A DNA stretch of 28,229 nucleotides from a virus (lineage: Duplodnaviria > Caudoviricetes). Numbering within the stretch: the first letter of the stretch is position 1; every line of letters begins with the position of its first letter. The notes beneath the pieces are model-generated. The model was not told the DNA's origin and did no database searches. It saw only the letters and a program-made list of their open reading frames with translations. Of this stretch, positions 10,401-18,797 are shown piece by piece. The stretch spans positions 1 to 28,229 of the IMG/VR virus record IMGVR_UViG_3300030329_003526. One strand, given 5' to 3'. The translations under genes were made by a program, and so were the position numbers.

Positions 10401-13400
10401 TTTCATTAAAGATTCAGCAGCTTTTAACAAAAGACAACAAATATGGATGAATAATGCTTGGTCTGGTGATGTTGAATTTATTAAAAAACAGGGTATTAAG
10501 TTAAATGATGCGGATAATTATAATTATCTAATAGTAAAGGATTTGTCAGATATTGATGCAAAACTTGATTCTAAAGTGTCGAATTTAAAAAATAGTCAAT
10601 TACCTGAAAATGTTGATGGTGCAATTATAGTCTCTGATAAGGTTCTTAATGCTATTAATGCTGATTTTGGTAATCCTCCATCTGGTCAAAATAAATCATT
10701 TATTGTTTCACCTAATATTCAAAAAGGAGCTTTATTAGGTAAATATATGATGCATGCAGCAGGACCTAAAATGAGTAAAGCGATGGATGCTAAAGGTGTT
10801 CATATGATTATGCAGGAATCTGCTGTAAAGCAAAGAGGATTGCGTAAAGTAAATGATTATTCTATTGAAAAAGGTGAATTAAAATTTACTGGCTTTATGT
10901 ATAATGATTTATCACCTGAGCATATTAAAGGTAATTTTGGTGTATATGGTAATGAGCACTTTATTCAAAATCAACGTATTCCTAAACAGCTATTACAAGC
11001 TTTATTACCTTCTGCGTGGAATCCTGTTAAACCTGAAGTAATAGATGATGCTTTTAAAAGTATTATTAGAGAAAGATGGCAAGGTAAAACTGAAGTTAAT
11101 AATCAAGTTAGAGAATATCTGGATAAAATTAAAACAACAGATATTTCTCAAGCAGAACTTTTAAGGCTTGAAAAAGAAATTATAAATAGAATAGAAGATA
11201 TTGGCGTAATGGAATTGGTTGATGCCATGAAAAGTGAACATGCTCCTAATCTGAATGAAGCTATTTATAATAAAATATTAAAATTAGATAAAAACAATTC
11301 AATAGAAGATTTAATTGAAAAGAATGCTAATCCTGCTGAATATGATGCTTATAATAATACATTAACTGAATTCAATTCTATTGTTGATAGAGTATTATTA
11401 AATGCGAATGAATGGGCTAGTTCACAAAGAAGGAATGGTATTGATGCAAATGTAACATCAGTTTATATGCATAAATTTGTTAGAGATTTTCGTATTAAGG
11501 CTGTTCAAAATTTTATCATTAATTCAGCAACTAAACCTAAGCGTGATAATTCTGCTGTTGGGTTTATGCGGCCATATGATAAGGCTATGAGATTAAATCT
11601 AGATGGAGCTAATCCTAGGTTAAAAGAATTAGAAAAGAATGATGAAATCTTCTTTTTAGATAATGCTTTTAAAGAATTATATGTAAAACTAGACATGCCT
11701 GGTAAACCTAATTTAAAAGGAATGAAACTTGAAGCTTTATGGAATAGGTATGAAAAAACAAAATCTAAAAAAGAAAAAGAATATATAGAAGATGTATTTG
11801 AAGCTATATCAGTTCGTGTTCCAATGGATTCAATGTCTGGTGCACAGATTTTAAAATTTGCTGGTTTTACTGGAAGAGAAGGTCATGGTATATTAATGCA
11901 TGGACGTTCCATGAGAGCTCAAGGCGGTGCTGATTTAGACGGAGATAAGTCTTTCGTCTTTTTTGGTGGTAGAGGAGGAATGAAAAAGGAATGGAAAGAT
12001 GCTTATAAAAATAATAAAAAGGAATTCTATTATACAGAAAAAGGTATAGAAAAAATTGGTGACAATAAAGGTTCTATTAATCCTTTTACAAATAAACCTT
12101 ATAGAGAAGAATTAGCTATAAGCCTTAGTAAAGAAGAACGTGCATTTTATACTTCTAAAGAAGCACAATATTCTCCATTAGAAAGATTAAGAATATCTAA
12201 TGCAGCTGTTGATGGTCGTAATCAACTTGGACCTGCTGTTGTAGCTAAACAGGTAATGTCGGCAGCATATAATGCTATTGAAGCTAATGGTGGTACAGAT
12301 TATTTAACCATTAGAATGAAAACTGGTAAAAAAACTAAAAAAGGTAAACCAGAATATGGTCTTTATAGATTAGAATTAAACTTAAAAAATGATAAAAAAT
12401 CTAAAGAACATCAAAGGAATCTAGGTAGAGCTCAAATAGGTTTAGCTTCTGACCCTTTAGATGAACTTGGATTGAGAGGTAATGATGCTTGGTTTAAATC
12501 TATGTGGCAAGCTCATTTTAATATTAAAGATGTTAAAAGAATGAACCCTAAAACTAACAAATTTAATTTAAAGGTTGATAAAACGTTTATTAATAAAAAT
12601 TTAACGGCTGAAGATTTAACTTCTAATAATTTAAGAAAAGGTGTTTATGGTAGTTTAATGAAGATAAATCAAGCTTATTGGGGTAAGAATTGGGCTGAAG
12701 GTAGAAAATTCTCCATGGAAGAGATACTTGATAAAGGAGAAGCTATTAGGGGACTTTCAGATGCTAGTATTGATGCTAGTTTTTTAGGTAGAACAGGTCA
12801 ATTATTAAGAGGTTTAGATTGGTCTGATTCGGTTTTTGGTAAAATAGAACATAAAAATTTAGATAAAGCTTATGCAGAACATAATGCTAGATTATCTAAA
12901 TACGATGGTTTAAAAAATATATTAGGTAGAAGTACTTTTAGAGTTGTTCCTGGTAATATTGTTAATAATGTAATGAATCCAAAATATTCCTTATGGACTG
13001 CAGAAGGTGTTGTCAATACAGCTTCTAATTTAACTGATTTTCAACGAGTTATTAAAGGAACTAAATATCACCATCAGGTACATAGAAATTTATCAGATTA
13101 TTTTAATGTAGAAAAGAAGAAGATTAAAAATGCTGGACATGATAAACATTTTAATGCTCGCAGAGATTTACTTATTGAAATGAGGAAGGAAGCAGAAGAT
13201 TTTGTAATTAATGACATGACTGATATAGCTACAATTATGGAGGTTTCTAGGATATATGAGGATATGGTCAATAATAAAGATAAAGGATATATACAACTTG
13301 AAAATGTTAAGGAAAAACAATTAAATATAAATCAGGTTGTTGAGATGATTCATAAAAAGGTGGAATCTTTAAAACGTAATTCTTATTTAATGGCTAGAGA

Positions 13401-16400
13401 TAGGGGTAAAATGAAGAGTTATGAAGCTCTTATTGATAAGGTCGATGTAGAATCTAATCCTGGTAGAAAGTTAGTTAAACTTTTAGAAGCGGAACTTGGT
13501 ATTGGTAGAAAAGTAAGGACTGTTGGTGAAGATAGAACTGCAGAATTAGACCAAATGCAAATTGACAATAAAATTATTGAATTTAAACAAAAACTTACTC
13601 CAAGAGGTCAGAAATTATTTGACCATTTAATGCTAGGCTCTTTGAATAGAGGAGAGATTAATGCTATTAATGAATTTGAAAATAGTGTTACAAAATGGGA
13701 CTCGATGACAAGGGATGTAATTAAAGGATTAAGAAAAGCTGCTGCAAGAACTTCAATTTCTAGGTTAGGATTTAATAGTAATGCTATACCTGATGTATCG
13801 ATTAAAGAACATATTGGAGCATTTGCTAATAATTTTAAACAAACATATAGACCCTTAAGTAAAGAACAATCTAAAATAGTTAGCTCTGAAGTTGAAAATT
13901 ATAAAACGAGAATAGAAACTTTAGATACAGGTTTAGTTGAAGCTTTAACTCCTTCAGGATATCAAGGATTAAAAGCAGGTAAACTTGATGCTGAAAGTAA
14001 GAAAATTGTTACTGAAATAGCTGATTTAATGGCTGATTTACCTAATTATCAAAAAGAATTATTACCATACATTGTGCGTAATCCTGAGATAATAGGAAAA
14101 GATTTGAACGCAATGAATAAACAGGATTTTCTGGTTTTAAGAAATTATCTTAATAGTTTAAAAGGTGGTACATGGTTGCAAAGAATGTTTTCAAAACCAG
14201 GGCCAGTAGAATTAAGTAAAAGGCATCATGCACTGTTTCCTAAAACTGTTAATAGAGAACTAATGAGAGATGATTTAGTAATGATGAAGGAAAAAGGTTT
14301 CTTTATTGATGGTACTGGACTCCCTAGAGTTGGTCAAATAGTTAAACCTACCCATTATGTAGATATTGTTCAAAATTTTATAGCTAAAATGAATGGTTCT
14401 GCTGTAAATGTATCTGATAAATATATAAAACAATTTAATGAATCAATGTTATTTCATAGTGGTTTAGAGGATAGTGCTGGTTTATGGGAAATAGCTATAC
14501 GTAAAAGAGAAGCCTCTGAACATGCTATTAAAGTTATATCTGATAAATATAAAGCAAATAAAACTAGTCGTGAAGCAGCTATTAATGAACGAAGACTTCA
14601 ATTGGGTAAAGCTGAACGAGAATATGATTGGGCAAATAAAAAAAATAAAGAATATACAGTTACAGTTGATGGTGTACGTCAAACTTTAACAGGTACAGAA
14701 ATTGTTAATCGTATTAATACTGAATTAACAGGATTATTTAAAGAGATGATGACTTTTATTCATGGTAAAGAAGGTGCTTTAGATGCTTATCAATATGATA
14801 CTTGGGAATTAGGTCAACGTGTAAAAAGATATGATTATAAAACTTTTATGAAAGATTTACAGAATCATATTGCTGGAAATACTCCTAAAGGTTGGATTAA
14901 GGAAGGTATTGCTGATGTACCATCTTACTTTGGTGTTGATGGGTTAAGATTAATGGCTCGTGAAATGCAATTAGATATGATTAAAGACCCTGAGGTTAGA
15001 TTTAAAATAATGCAACAACCTGCTACTGAATTTATTACAGGCAATCTAGGAGAATCTTATTTCCCTCATATGTTTTTTGATAAAGTAACATCTAAAAAGC
15101 TTATGAATGATGCTATGAAAAAGATATTAGAAACTCCTGAATCACAAATGACTGAAGAACAAAAAAGAACTGAAATTAGAAAATTATATTATAAGAATAA
15201 ATCTCTTGGTGGTGAAATGCGTTTTCAAGATTTAGAACAATGGGATTTAGTTTATGATGTTCTTGATGATATTGCACAAAATAAAAAAGTATCTAATGAA
15301 AAGATTAAATGGTTTAATGCAAATGAACGTTCTGGTTCAATGAAAACTAGAGAAGTTAATATGGGAGGTTATAGTACAGACCCTGCTGTAATTGAATCAT
15401 ATGTAAGGTCATTATCTAACACTTATCATAGACAATTATCTCAAATGTTTGGAAGATGGTCTATTGATAAAATGTACGGTCAAATGAGAGGTAAATGGGG
15501 GCAAGAACAAACTACTGCATGGCAGAATTTTATGCGTTTATTTGTTCAAGATGCAATAGGTAATCCTTCGATTATACCTGAAAGATTATATGAAGACCCT
15601 AAAATGAAGATTAAAGGAACTCCTTATGGTTGGTGGGCTGATAATAGGGTAAAGAAAAGATTAAATAAAATAGGTGAATCTCTTGGTATTGTTGATAAAA
15701 AATTACCTGAACAACTAAGAGGTGTAGATGAGGAAACTTTACGTCATTGGTCTAATTTAGAGGCACAATATGAAATGGCTACATTATTAGCACATCCAAA
15801 ATCAATGGTTGCTAATATTTTTGGAGGTACTTCACATACAATACAATCAGCAGGTTGGGGTAATTTTGTTAAAGCTAGAACTCCTAATTTTTTAGCTAAA
15901 ATTAATCCTAATTGGAAAACAATGAAAGATGTAGATGATTTTGTTGTAGCTCAAGGTGTTCTTCCTGAATACCTGGTGTATGAAATGGGTTTACAAAAAG
16001 AATTCCAAAATACTAAAGGAAAAGGTTTTTTAGCAGATTTAACATCTAAATTAGCTAGAGACCCTGAAATGTCTGAACAATCCATAACTGATTTAGCAGG
16101 TAAATACGGTTTAAAAGATAAAGTAATGAACTTTGCTTCTAAATTTATGTCCGTTCCTGAAAGAATGTTACGTAGAGATGCCTTTATGGCACATTATGTA
16201 CATGCTTGGGAAAAGTTTGGTGGTGCTATTAAAGAGTATGACCATCCATTTTTAATAGAAATGGCTAAAAAAGGTGTAAAAGCTACTCAATTTTTATATA
16301 ATGCTCCTTTTAGACCTGCTTTTGCTCGTACTGCATTAGGTAAGATAATGACTAGGTTTCAATTATGGGGATGGAATTCAGTTAGATTTAGAAATGATGT

Positions 16401-16914
16401 TCATAGGCAAGCTAAAATATATGGTTTTACACCAGGTACTGAAGCCTGGAAACGATATGAAAGAACAATGCAAACAGATTTATTTGTTTTTGCTCTTGCT
16501 AATGTATTTGCATATTCATTATTTGAAAGTAATCTTCCTCAACCATGGGGTTGGATACAAGATTATTCAGATTGGATATTTGGTGATGAAGGTGATAGAG
16601 ATAAAGCGTTTTATGGGGCTTGGCCAAAGCAAGTTGCTCCTCTTCAAATGGTAACTCCTCCCGGCTTGCGTTTGGTCGGCCCCACTTTTAACGCTATGCT
16701 AAACGATGATTGGTCTAAGGTTAGTCAATATTATGCATATACAATGCTTCCATTTGGAAGAATGATACGTGATGTAAATCCTTATGCTAAAGGTAACTTG
16801 ATAGAGAATCCAATGCGTTTACCAGAAAAGTTATTTGGGCTTCCTGTAATGCAATTACAAAGAAATATAACTGAATGGAAAGAAGAAAAGCCTGAAAAAT
16901 TATATCCAGGCTAA
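7450..16914 (+). CDS. Giant virion protein with single-chain two-barrel RNA polymerase (putative virion RNAP) and N-terminal SLOG-like domain
   Basis: 3154 aa. Ordered motifs NVDGAIIVS (D1056), LLGKYMM, MQESAVK, RVPMD (R1456) and GGADLDGDKSFVFF (D1495-D1497-D1499, nt 11932-11946) parallel the DG / KG / RPSxxK / RxP / GxDxDGD motifs of QDE-1-like and crAss-like polymerases. Confidence 0.8.
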   Translation: MSLPTNWQPSYDEERTRYLVDRYKGQSHLLGKEGEAELQQHAEAYGIPFYTGDFSILEAIKQAGAGFVEGFTTLNIADHPDNEYEQIFRNLGHLAGFAPGIIAGPAKLLPAKWIGARTLAASTARLKSLPMLGADVIEKYSKQAIRSAGKGFVGRSDAMKTTKNFLLGDKAKHIMQGAFHLGTASALSSWQGGVDQMLEAAKGGAVAGGVFRAIGNLSPGTSAHERMGKAMAGSLFMGLPATMRGATTPEQVYEYVMGAYFGGNEVSWTRAKAGKFVKGMQKWATDKNTRQDAIKSGMDPEFHPKFDALPEQVKPLVKEEAAKAFNPPEVNIANNMAYELATKLGLTGHLKEAELIAEGAKPTGEYRDGEAVYRFNESLIAEKFKTFQTSGGTRGDNVFAKEADKVGIPTVHYGFGQKGRRSKATGFHRILDAAELQEAEVQLKKAETVLKRASKKESEDVRNLRRSNWYKVKWADSVYVIGNFQKGRHQLAGMPGIAAQMAINNGKKVFAFSQKDGRWFEWRGAARGGKGTFIEAGKPPRPTMRFAGIADDKISHKGKQAIKTLFSENYVQVPSVTESVSKGRKSKKLEQKVSALRDELDVTQELYNEKKDDILLKKAAGQDTTVEEVELAQIAQESKSLAERHNRLVNFGLATRTITPEVKNKEGISNEISDISDVDFEGPVNLEVGKVPLQFTSKHLDKVWSGDIDVLQQQNVKRELSQLVEQTLLKTEDGTPITQGGNPLYLRPGSKENLSERWADAVEREIKDTYDSEFTLTKEARRDMRKWMTRKNLGRIVTHLQSDGKTIRMMENPNAPITLAGNRKHQEEPLKRIEEAYMEAGGQSPAIEPIYMVLDHVTIEGKRGRRDLDISDYRNKNPEEFKSMMTTAMVDMGKRGYYPLGGKGDSDRIIWAKHHPQTNTLTESQIKSTLSKFKLGKGRDVDENYNLSEKEFNKMVLSNVYYDLQMNGMQINDANIKTLLTHPGFIKDSAAFNKRQQIWMNNAWSGDVEFIKKQGIKLNDADNYNYLIVKDLSDIDAKLDSKVSNLKNSQLPENVDGAIIVSDKVLNAINADFGNPPSGQNKSFIVSPNIQKGALLGKYMMHAAGPKMSKAMDAKGVHMIMQESAVKQRGLRKVNDYSIEKGELKFTGFMYNDLSPEHIKGNFGVYGNEHFIQNQRIPKQLLQALLPSAWNPVKPEVIDDAFKSIIRERWQGKTEVNNQVREYLDKIKTTDISQAELLRLEKEIINRIEDIGVMELVDAMKSEHAPNLNEAIYNKILKLDKNNSIEDLIEKNANPAEYDAYNNTLTEFNSIVDRVLLNANEWASSQRRNGIDANVTSVYMHKFVRDFRIKAVQNFIINSATKPKRDNSAVGFMRPYDKAMRLNLDGANPRLKELEKNDEIFFLDNAFKELYVKLDMPGKPNLKGMKLEALWNRYEKTKSKKEKEYIEDVFEAISVRVPMDSMSGAQILKFAGFTGREGHGILMHGRSMRAQGGADLDGDKSFVFFGGRGGMKKEWKDAYKNNKKEFYYTEKGIEKIGDNKGSINPFTNKPYREELAISLSKEERAFYTSKEAQYSPLERLRISNAAVDGRNQLGPAVVAKQVMSAAYNAIEANGGTDYLTIRMKTGKKTKKGKPEYGLYRLELNLKNDKKSKEHQRNLGRAQIGLASDPLDELGLRGNDAWFKSMWQAHFNIKDVKRMNPKTNKFNLKVDKTFINKNLTAEDLTSNNLRKGVYGSLMKINQAYWGKNWAEGRKFSMEEILDKGEAIRGLSDASIDASFLGRTGQLLRGLDWSDSVFGKIEHKNLDKAYAEHNARLSKYDGLKNILGRSTFRVVPGNIVNNVMNPKYSLWTAEGVVNTASNLTDFQRVIKGTKYHHQVHRNLSDYFNVEKKKIKNAGHDKHFNARRDLLIEMRKEAEDFVINDMTDIATIMEVSRIYEDMVNNKDKGYIQLENVKEKQLNINQVVEMIHKKVESLKRNSYLMARDRGKMKSYEALIDKVDVESNPGRKLVKLLEAELGIGRKVRTVGEDRTAELDQMQIDNKIIEFKQKLTPRGQKLFDHLMLGSLNRGEINAINEFENSVTKWDSMTRDVIKGLRKAAARTSISRLGFNSNAIPDVSIKEHIGAFANNFKQTYRPLSKEQSKIVSSEVENYKTRIETLDTGLVEALTPSGYQGLKAGKLDAESKKIVTEIADLMADLPNYQKELLPYIVRNPEIIGKDLNAMNKQDFLVLRNYLNSLKGGTWLQRMFSKPGPVELSKRHHALFPKTVNRELMRDDLVMMKEKGFFIDGTGLPRVGQIVKPTHYVDIVQNFIAKMNGSAVNVSDKYIKQFNESMLFHSGLEDSAGLWEIAIRKREASEHAIKVISDKYKANKTSREAAINERRLQLGKAEREYDWANKKNKEYTVTVDGVRQTLTGTEIVNRINTELTGLFKEMMTFIHGKEGALDAYQYDTWELGQRVKRYDYKTFMKDLQNHIAGNTPKGWIKEGIADVPSYFGVDGLRLMAREMQLDMIKDPEVRFKIMQQPATEFITGNLGESYFPHMFFDKVTSKKLMNDAMKKILETPESQMTEEQKRTEIRKLYYKNKSLGGEMRFQDLEQWDLVYDVLDDIAQNKKVSNEKIKWFNANERSGSMKTREVNMGGYSTDPAVIESYVRSLSNTYHRQLSQMFGRWSIDKMYGQMRGKWGQEQTTAWQNFMRLFVQDAIGNPSIIPERLYEDPKMKIKGTPYGWWADNRVKKRLNKIGESLGIVDKKLPEQLRGVDEETLRHWSNLEAQYEMATLLAHPKSMVANIFGGTSHTIQSAGWGNFVKARTPNFLAKINPNWKTMKDVDDFVVAQGVLPEYLVYEMGLQKEFQNTKGKGFLADLTSKLARDPEMSEQSITDLAGKYGLKDKVMNFASKFMSVPERMLRRDAFMAHYVHAWEKFGGAIKEYDHPFLIEMAKKGVKATQFLYNAPFRPAFARTALGKIMTRFQLWGWNSVRFRNDVHRQAKIYGFTPGTEAWKRYERTMQTDLFVFALANVFAYSLFESNLPQPWGWIQDYSDWIFGDEGDRDKAFYGAWPKQVAPLQMVTPPGLRLVGPTFNAMLNDDWSKVSQYYAYTMLPFGRMIRDVNPYAKGNLIENPMRLPEKLFGLPVMQLQRNITEWKEEKPEKLYPG

Positions 16915-16943
16915 TCTTATGGCACGTTTATTAACAACGTAGG

Positions 16944-17159
16944 TTAATTTTTTTCTATTTTATCTACAACTTTCTCTAAAGTATCTCCTTGTACACACTC
17001 TGTATGTACAATAACACTTTCATCTATATAGAAATCAGTTCCTGTTACGAACCCGTGAGATACTTCTACAGCAGGTGTGCTAGGACCTATTAGTTGTTTA
17101 CATTCTTCGCATAATACATATGCTGTTTCATTACGTCCTATTCTCTCTATCATCTTCAA
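16944..17159 (-). CDS. Small hypothetical protein, probable Zn-binding
   Basis: CEEC ... HTEC ligand pattern; last gene of the minus-strand block. Confidence 0.6.
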   Translation of the reverse strand: MKMIERIGRNETAYVLCEECKQLIGPSTPAVEVSHGFVTGTDFYIDESVIVHTECVQGDTLEKVVDKIEKN

Positions 17160-17448
17160 TCATGCCTCTCAATAAGCAGAGATAAACGATAGCATCAGTA
17201 ATACGACCTGAAACATCTTCACGTTGAGATTTATGTCCTTTTATATAAGAGCCAATACCATCAATGTGTTTTAATAAAAATACCATTAATGCTTTATCTC
17301 TTGGTATATCAAGAAGGGCGGCTGAACGTTCAAAATTAGCAAATACGTTATCTACGTCATGTGCATATTCTTTTTGTCCAGCATCTCGAGTTTTAAGGAC
17401 TTCCTTCAACTGGGACCGTACTACTTTTTTCATCTTTTCGTATGTCAT
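17131..17448 (-). CDS. All-alpha NTP-pyrophosphatase-like / nucleotide-modification-associated (DUF1599/Nmad1-like) protein
   Basis: KEYA..D..FANFER ... LKHIDGI ... EDVSGRITDAIVYL pattern; RBS GAGG. Confidence 0.6.
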   Translation of the reverse strand: MTYEKMKKVVRSQLKEVLKTRDAGQKEYAHDVDNVFANFERSAALLDIPRDKALMVFLLKHIDGIGSYIKGHKSQREDVSGRITDAIVYLCLLRGMIEDDRENRT

Positions 17449-17635
17449 CCTTTACCTCTACATTTAGTTTTTTATTTACAAATTCATCAAACTGTTTCTC
17501 TTTACCTTCCATTTCCATATACATATTTAAAACGCCAGTAAGGGTTTGAATATCATTCCTTATTAATGTTATTTCCTGTATAACCTGGTTGATAACAGTA
17601 ACAGTTTCTTTCATTGTTGGTTTTCTACGAGCCAT
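17393..17635 (-). CDS. Hypothetical coiled-coil protein (start revised to MARRKPT)
   Basis: GGGAG RBS precedes the ATG at 17635; the ORF-track extension to 17707 overlaps another gene. Confidence 0.6.
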   Translation of the reverse strand: MARRKPTMKETVTVINQVIQEITLIRNDIQTLTGVLNMYMEMEGKEKQFDEFVNKKLNVEVKDDIRKDEKSSTVPVEGSP

Positions 17636-17876
17636 TTTTTCTCTCCCTATGTTTTTTAGCTTCAGAAGACATTTGCTTTGAAAACTTTTCCATAGCAATA
17701 TCAGCATCTGCTTTGAGTTTCTCTATTTTATCGTCAAAACCAACTTGAATGTTAGTTGTTACTCCAACTGGAGTAGTAGAGATTTTTCACAATGCTGCTT
17801 TTAGCTTAACTTTTAAGTTTAAATTTTCTTCTTCTAAAGCTTCTATTTTCTTTATAGCTTCTTCAAAATTATTCAT
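17625..17876 (-). CDS. Small coiled-coil ORF with an in-frame TGA at 17787-17789 (readthrough, Sec or pseudogene)
   Basis: MNNFEEAIKKIEALEEENLNLKVKLKAAL*KISTTPVGVTTNIQVGFDDKIEKLKADADIAMEKFSKQMSSEAKKHRERKNGS*; the full frame overlaps both neighbours as the other genes of this block do. Confidence 0.5.
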
Positions 17877-18039
17877 ATATCTTTACCGCTTCATGAAATT
17901 TATCAGAATCAAAACGGTCGTTACTCTCCTCAAAAATTACACATAAATCATTGACAAAATCAACGTAATTATGATAATCAAAAGCAGGTCTATGTTTATG
18001 TACAACTTTAGCTATTTTCTTAAAATAAATTCTTGTCAT
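17869..18039 (-). CDS. 56-aa hypothetical phage protein (not in ORF track)
   Basis: MTRIYFKKIAKVV...LCVIFEESNDRFDSDKFHEAVKIYE*; RBS GAGGAGG; ATGA overlap with the upstream stop. Confidence 0.7.
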   Translation of the reverse strand: MTRIYFKKIAKVVHKHRPAFDYHNYVDFVNDLCVIFEESNDRFDSDKFHEAVKIYE

Positions 18040-18236
18040 AACTTTAATTCCTCCTCTTCTTTTTTAATACGTGCATGAGGGGCTTTTGGAGGGTCCTCTA
18101 AATCCTTTATCCTTCCTGATAGCATATCAATCATTGCATTTAGTTTACTTAACTCCTCTCTACATTTAAGACGGAATTCATTCATTCCGTCACGCCAATC
18201 AGCATCTTGTGTTATTTTATCTGAAAATCTAGGCAT
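18036..18236 (-). CDS. Hypothetical coiled-coil protein
   Basis: 66 aa, GGAGG RBS, overlaps both neighbours. Confidence 0.65.
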   Translation of the reverse strand: MPRFSDKITQDADWRDGMNEFRLKCREELSKLNAMIDMLSGRIKDLEDPPKAPHARIKKEEEELKL

Positions 18237-18432
18237 CTTCTTCCTCCAATGGTTTATTACTAATTTGTGTGTTTTTCTCTAATACAAGTCTTAATGCATG
18301 AATCCAACCTTTATTCTTCATATAATCAAAATAAACAGGTCCTTCATCTCCTGTTAAATTCATTTCTTTAAATTTTTCGTCTGCGTTTTCGCAATGTTTT
18401 AAAACTCTTTTTATTTGATTTAAACCTAACAT
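18229..18432 (-). CDS. Hypothetical protein (start revised to MLGLNQ)
   Basis: AAGGAG RBS before the ATG at 18432; the upstream extension runs into a stem-loop. Confidence 0.6.
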   Translation of the reverse strand: MLGLNQIKRVLKHCENADEKFKEMNLTGDEGPVYFDYMKNKGWIHALRLVLEKNTQISNKPLEEEDA

Positions 18433-18452
18433 GTAAAATCTCCTTTTTATAA

Positions 18453-18512
18453 CATCGAGTGCAATAAGGCGTCTTCTCATCTAATAAGACAGCTGCATTA
18501 TTACACTCTATG
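18453..18512 (-). other. Intergenic long stem-loop
   Basis: Minus-strand CAUAGAGUGUAAUAA pairs with UUAUUGCACUCGAUG (14 of 15 pairs including one GU), with an inner GUCUU/AAGAC helix. Confidence 0.65.
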
Positions 18513-18518
18513 CAATGT

Positions 18519-18797
18519 TTAGGAATTGGCAAGATAACGCCTTATTCCGTTATAGGTACGTTTAAAAACATTAGGCCTCCTTGGATATGGTGTTTCTATA
18601 CACATAACAGGAGCTACTAATGGTTCTTTTTTACCTTTTTGTTCATTATTTAATTCAACTTCATTTAACCTTCTTTGTATACTTGTTACTTCATTAGTTA
18701 ATTCTATTGAAGCATCGAGAACATTATTAGTTATTTGAGCTAAATTCTCTATTGTTTTAGAGAGTTCTTCAACTTTTTCCATAATCTCTTTATTCAT
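18519..18797 (-). CDS. Hypothetical coiled-coil protein
   Basis: 92 aa with heptad-like N-terminus; GGAGG RBS. Confidence 0.65.
   Translation of the reverse strand: MNKEIMEKVEELSKTIENLAQITNNVLDASIELTNEVTSIQRRLNEVELNNEQKGKKEPLVAPVMCIETPYPRRPNVFKRTYNGIRRYLANS

Noticed and set aside
1831-16654. Short antisense or alternate-frame ORFs inside the + strand genes (e.g. 1831-2031, 4242-4694, 7596-7874, 16394-16654)
   Set aside because: Fully nested in long, motif-bearing genes; no RBS or recognisable motifs; shadow ORFs.
16915-16943. Bidirectional terminator at the convergence point
   Set aside because: Only a weak 5-bp stem (acgtt/aacgt) without a clear adjacent U-tract.
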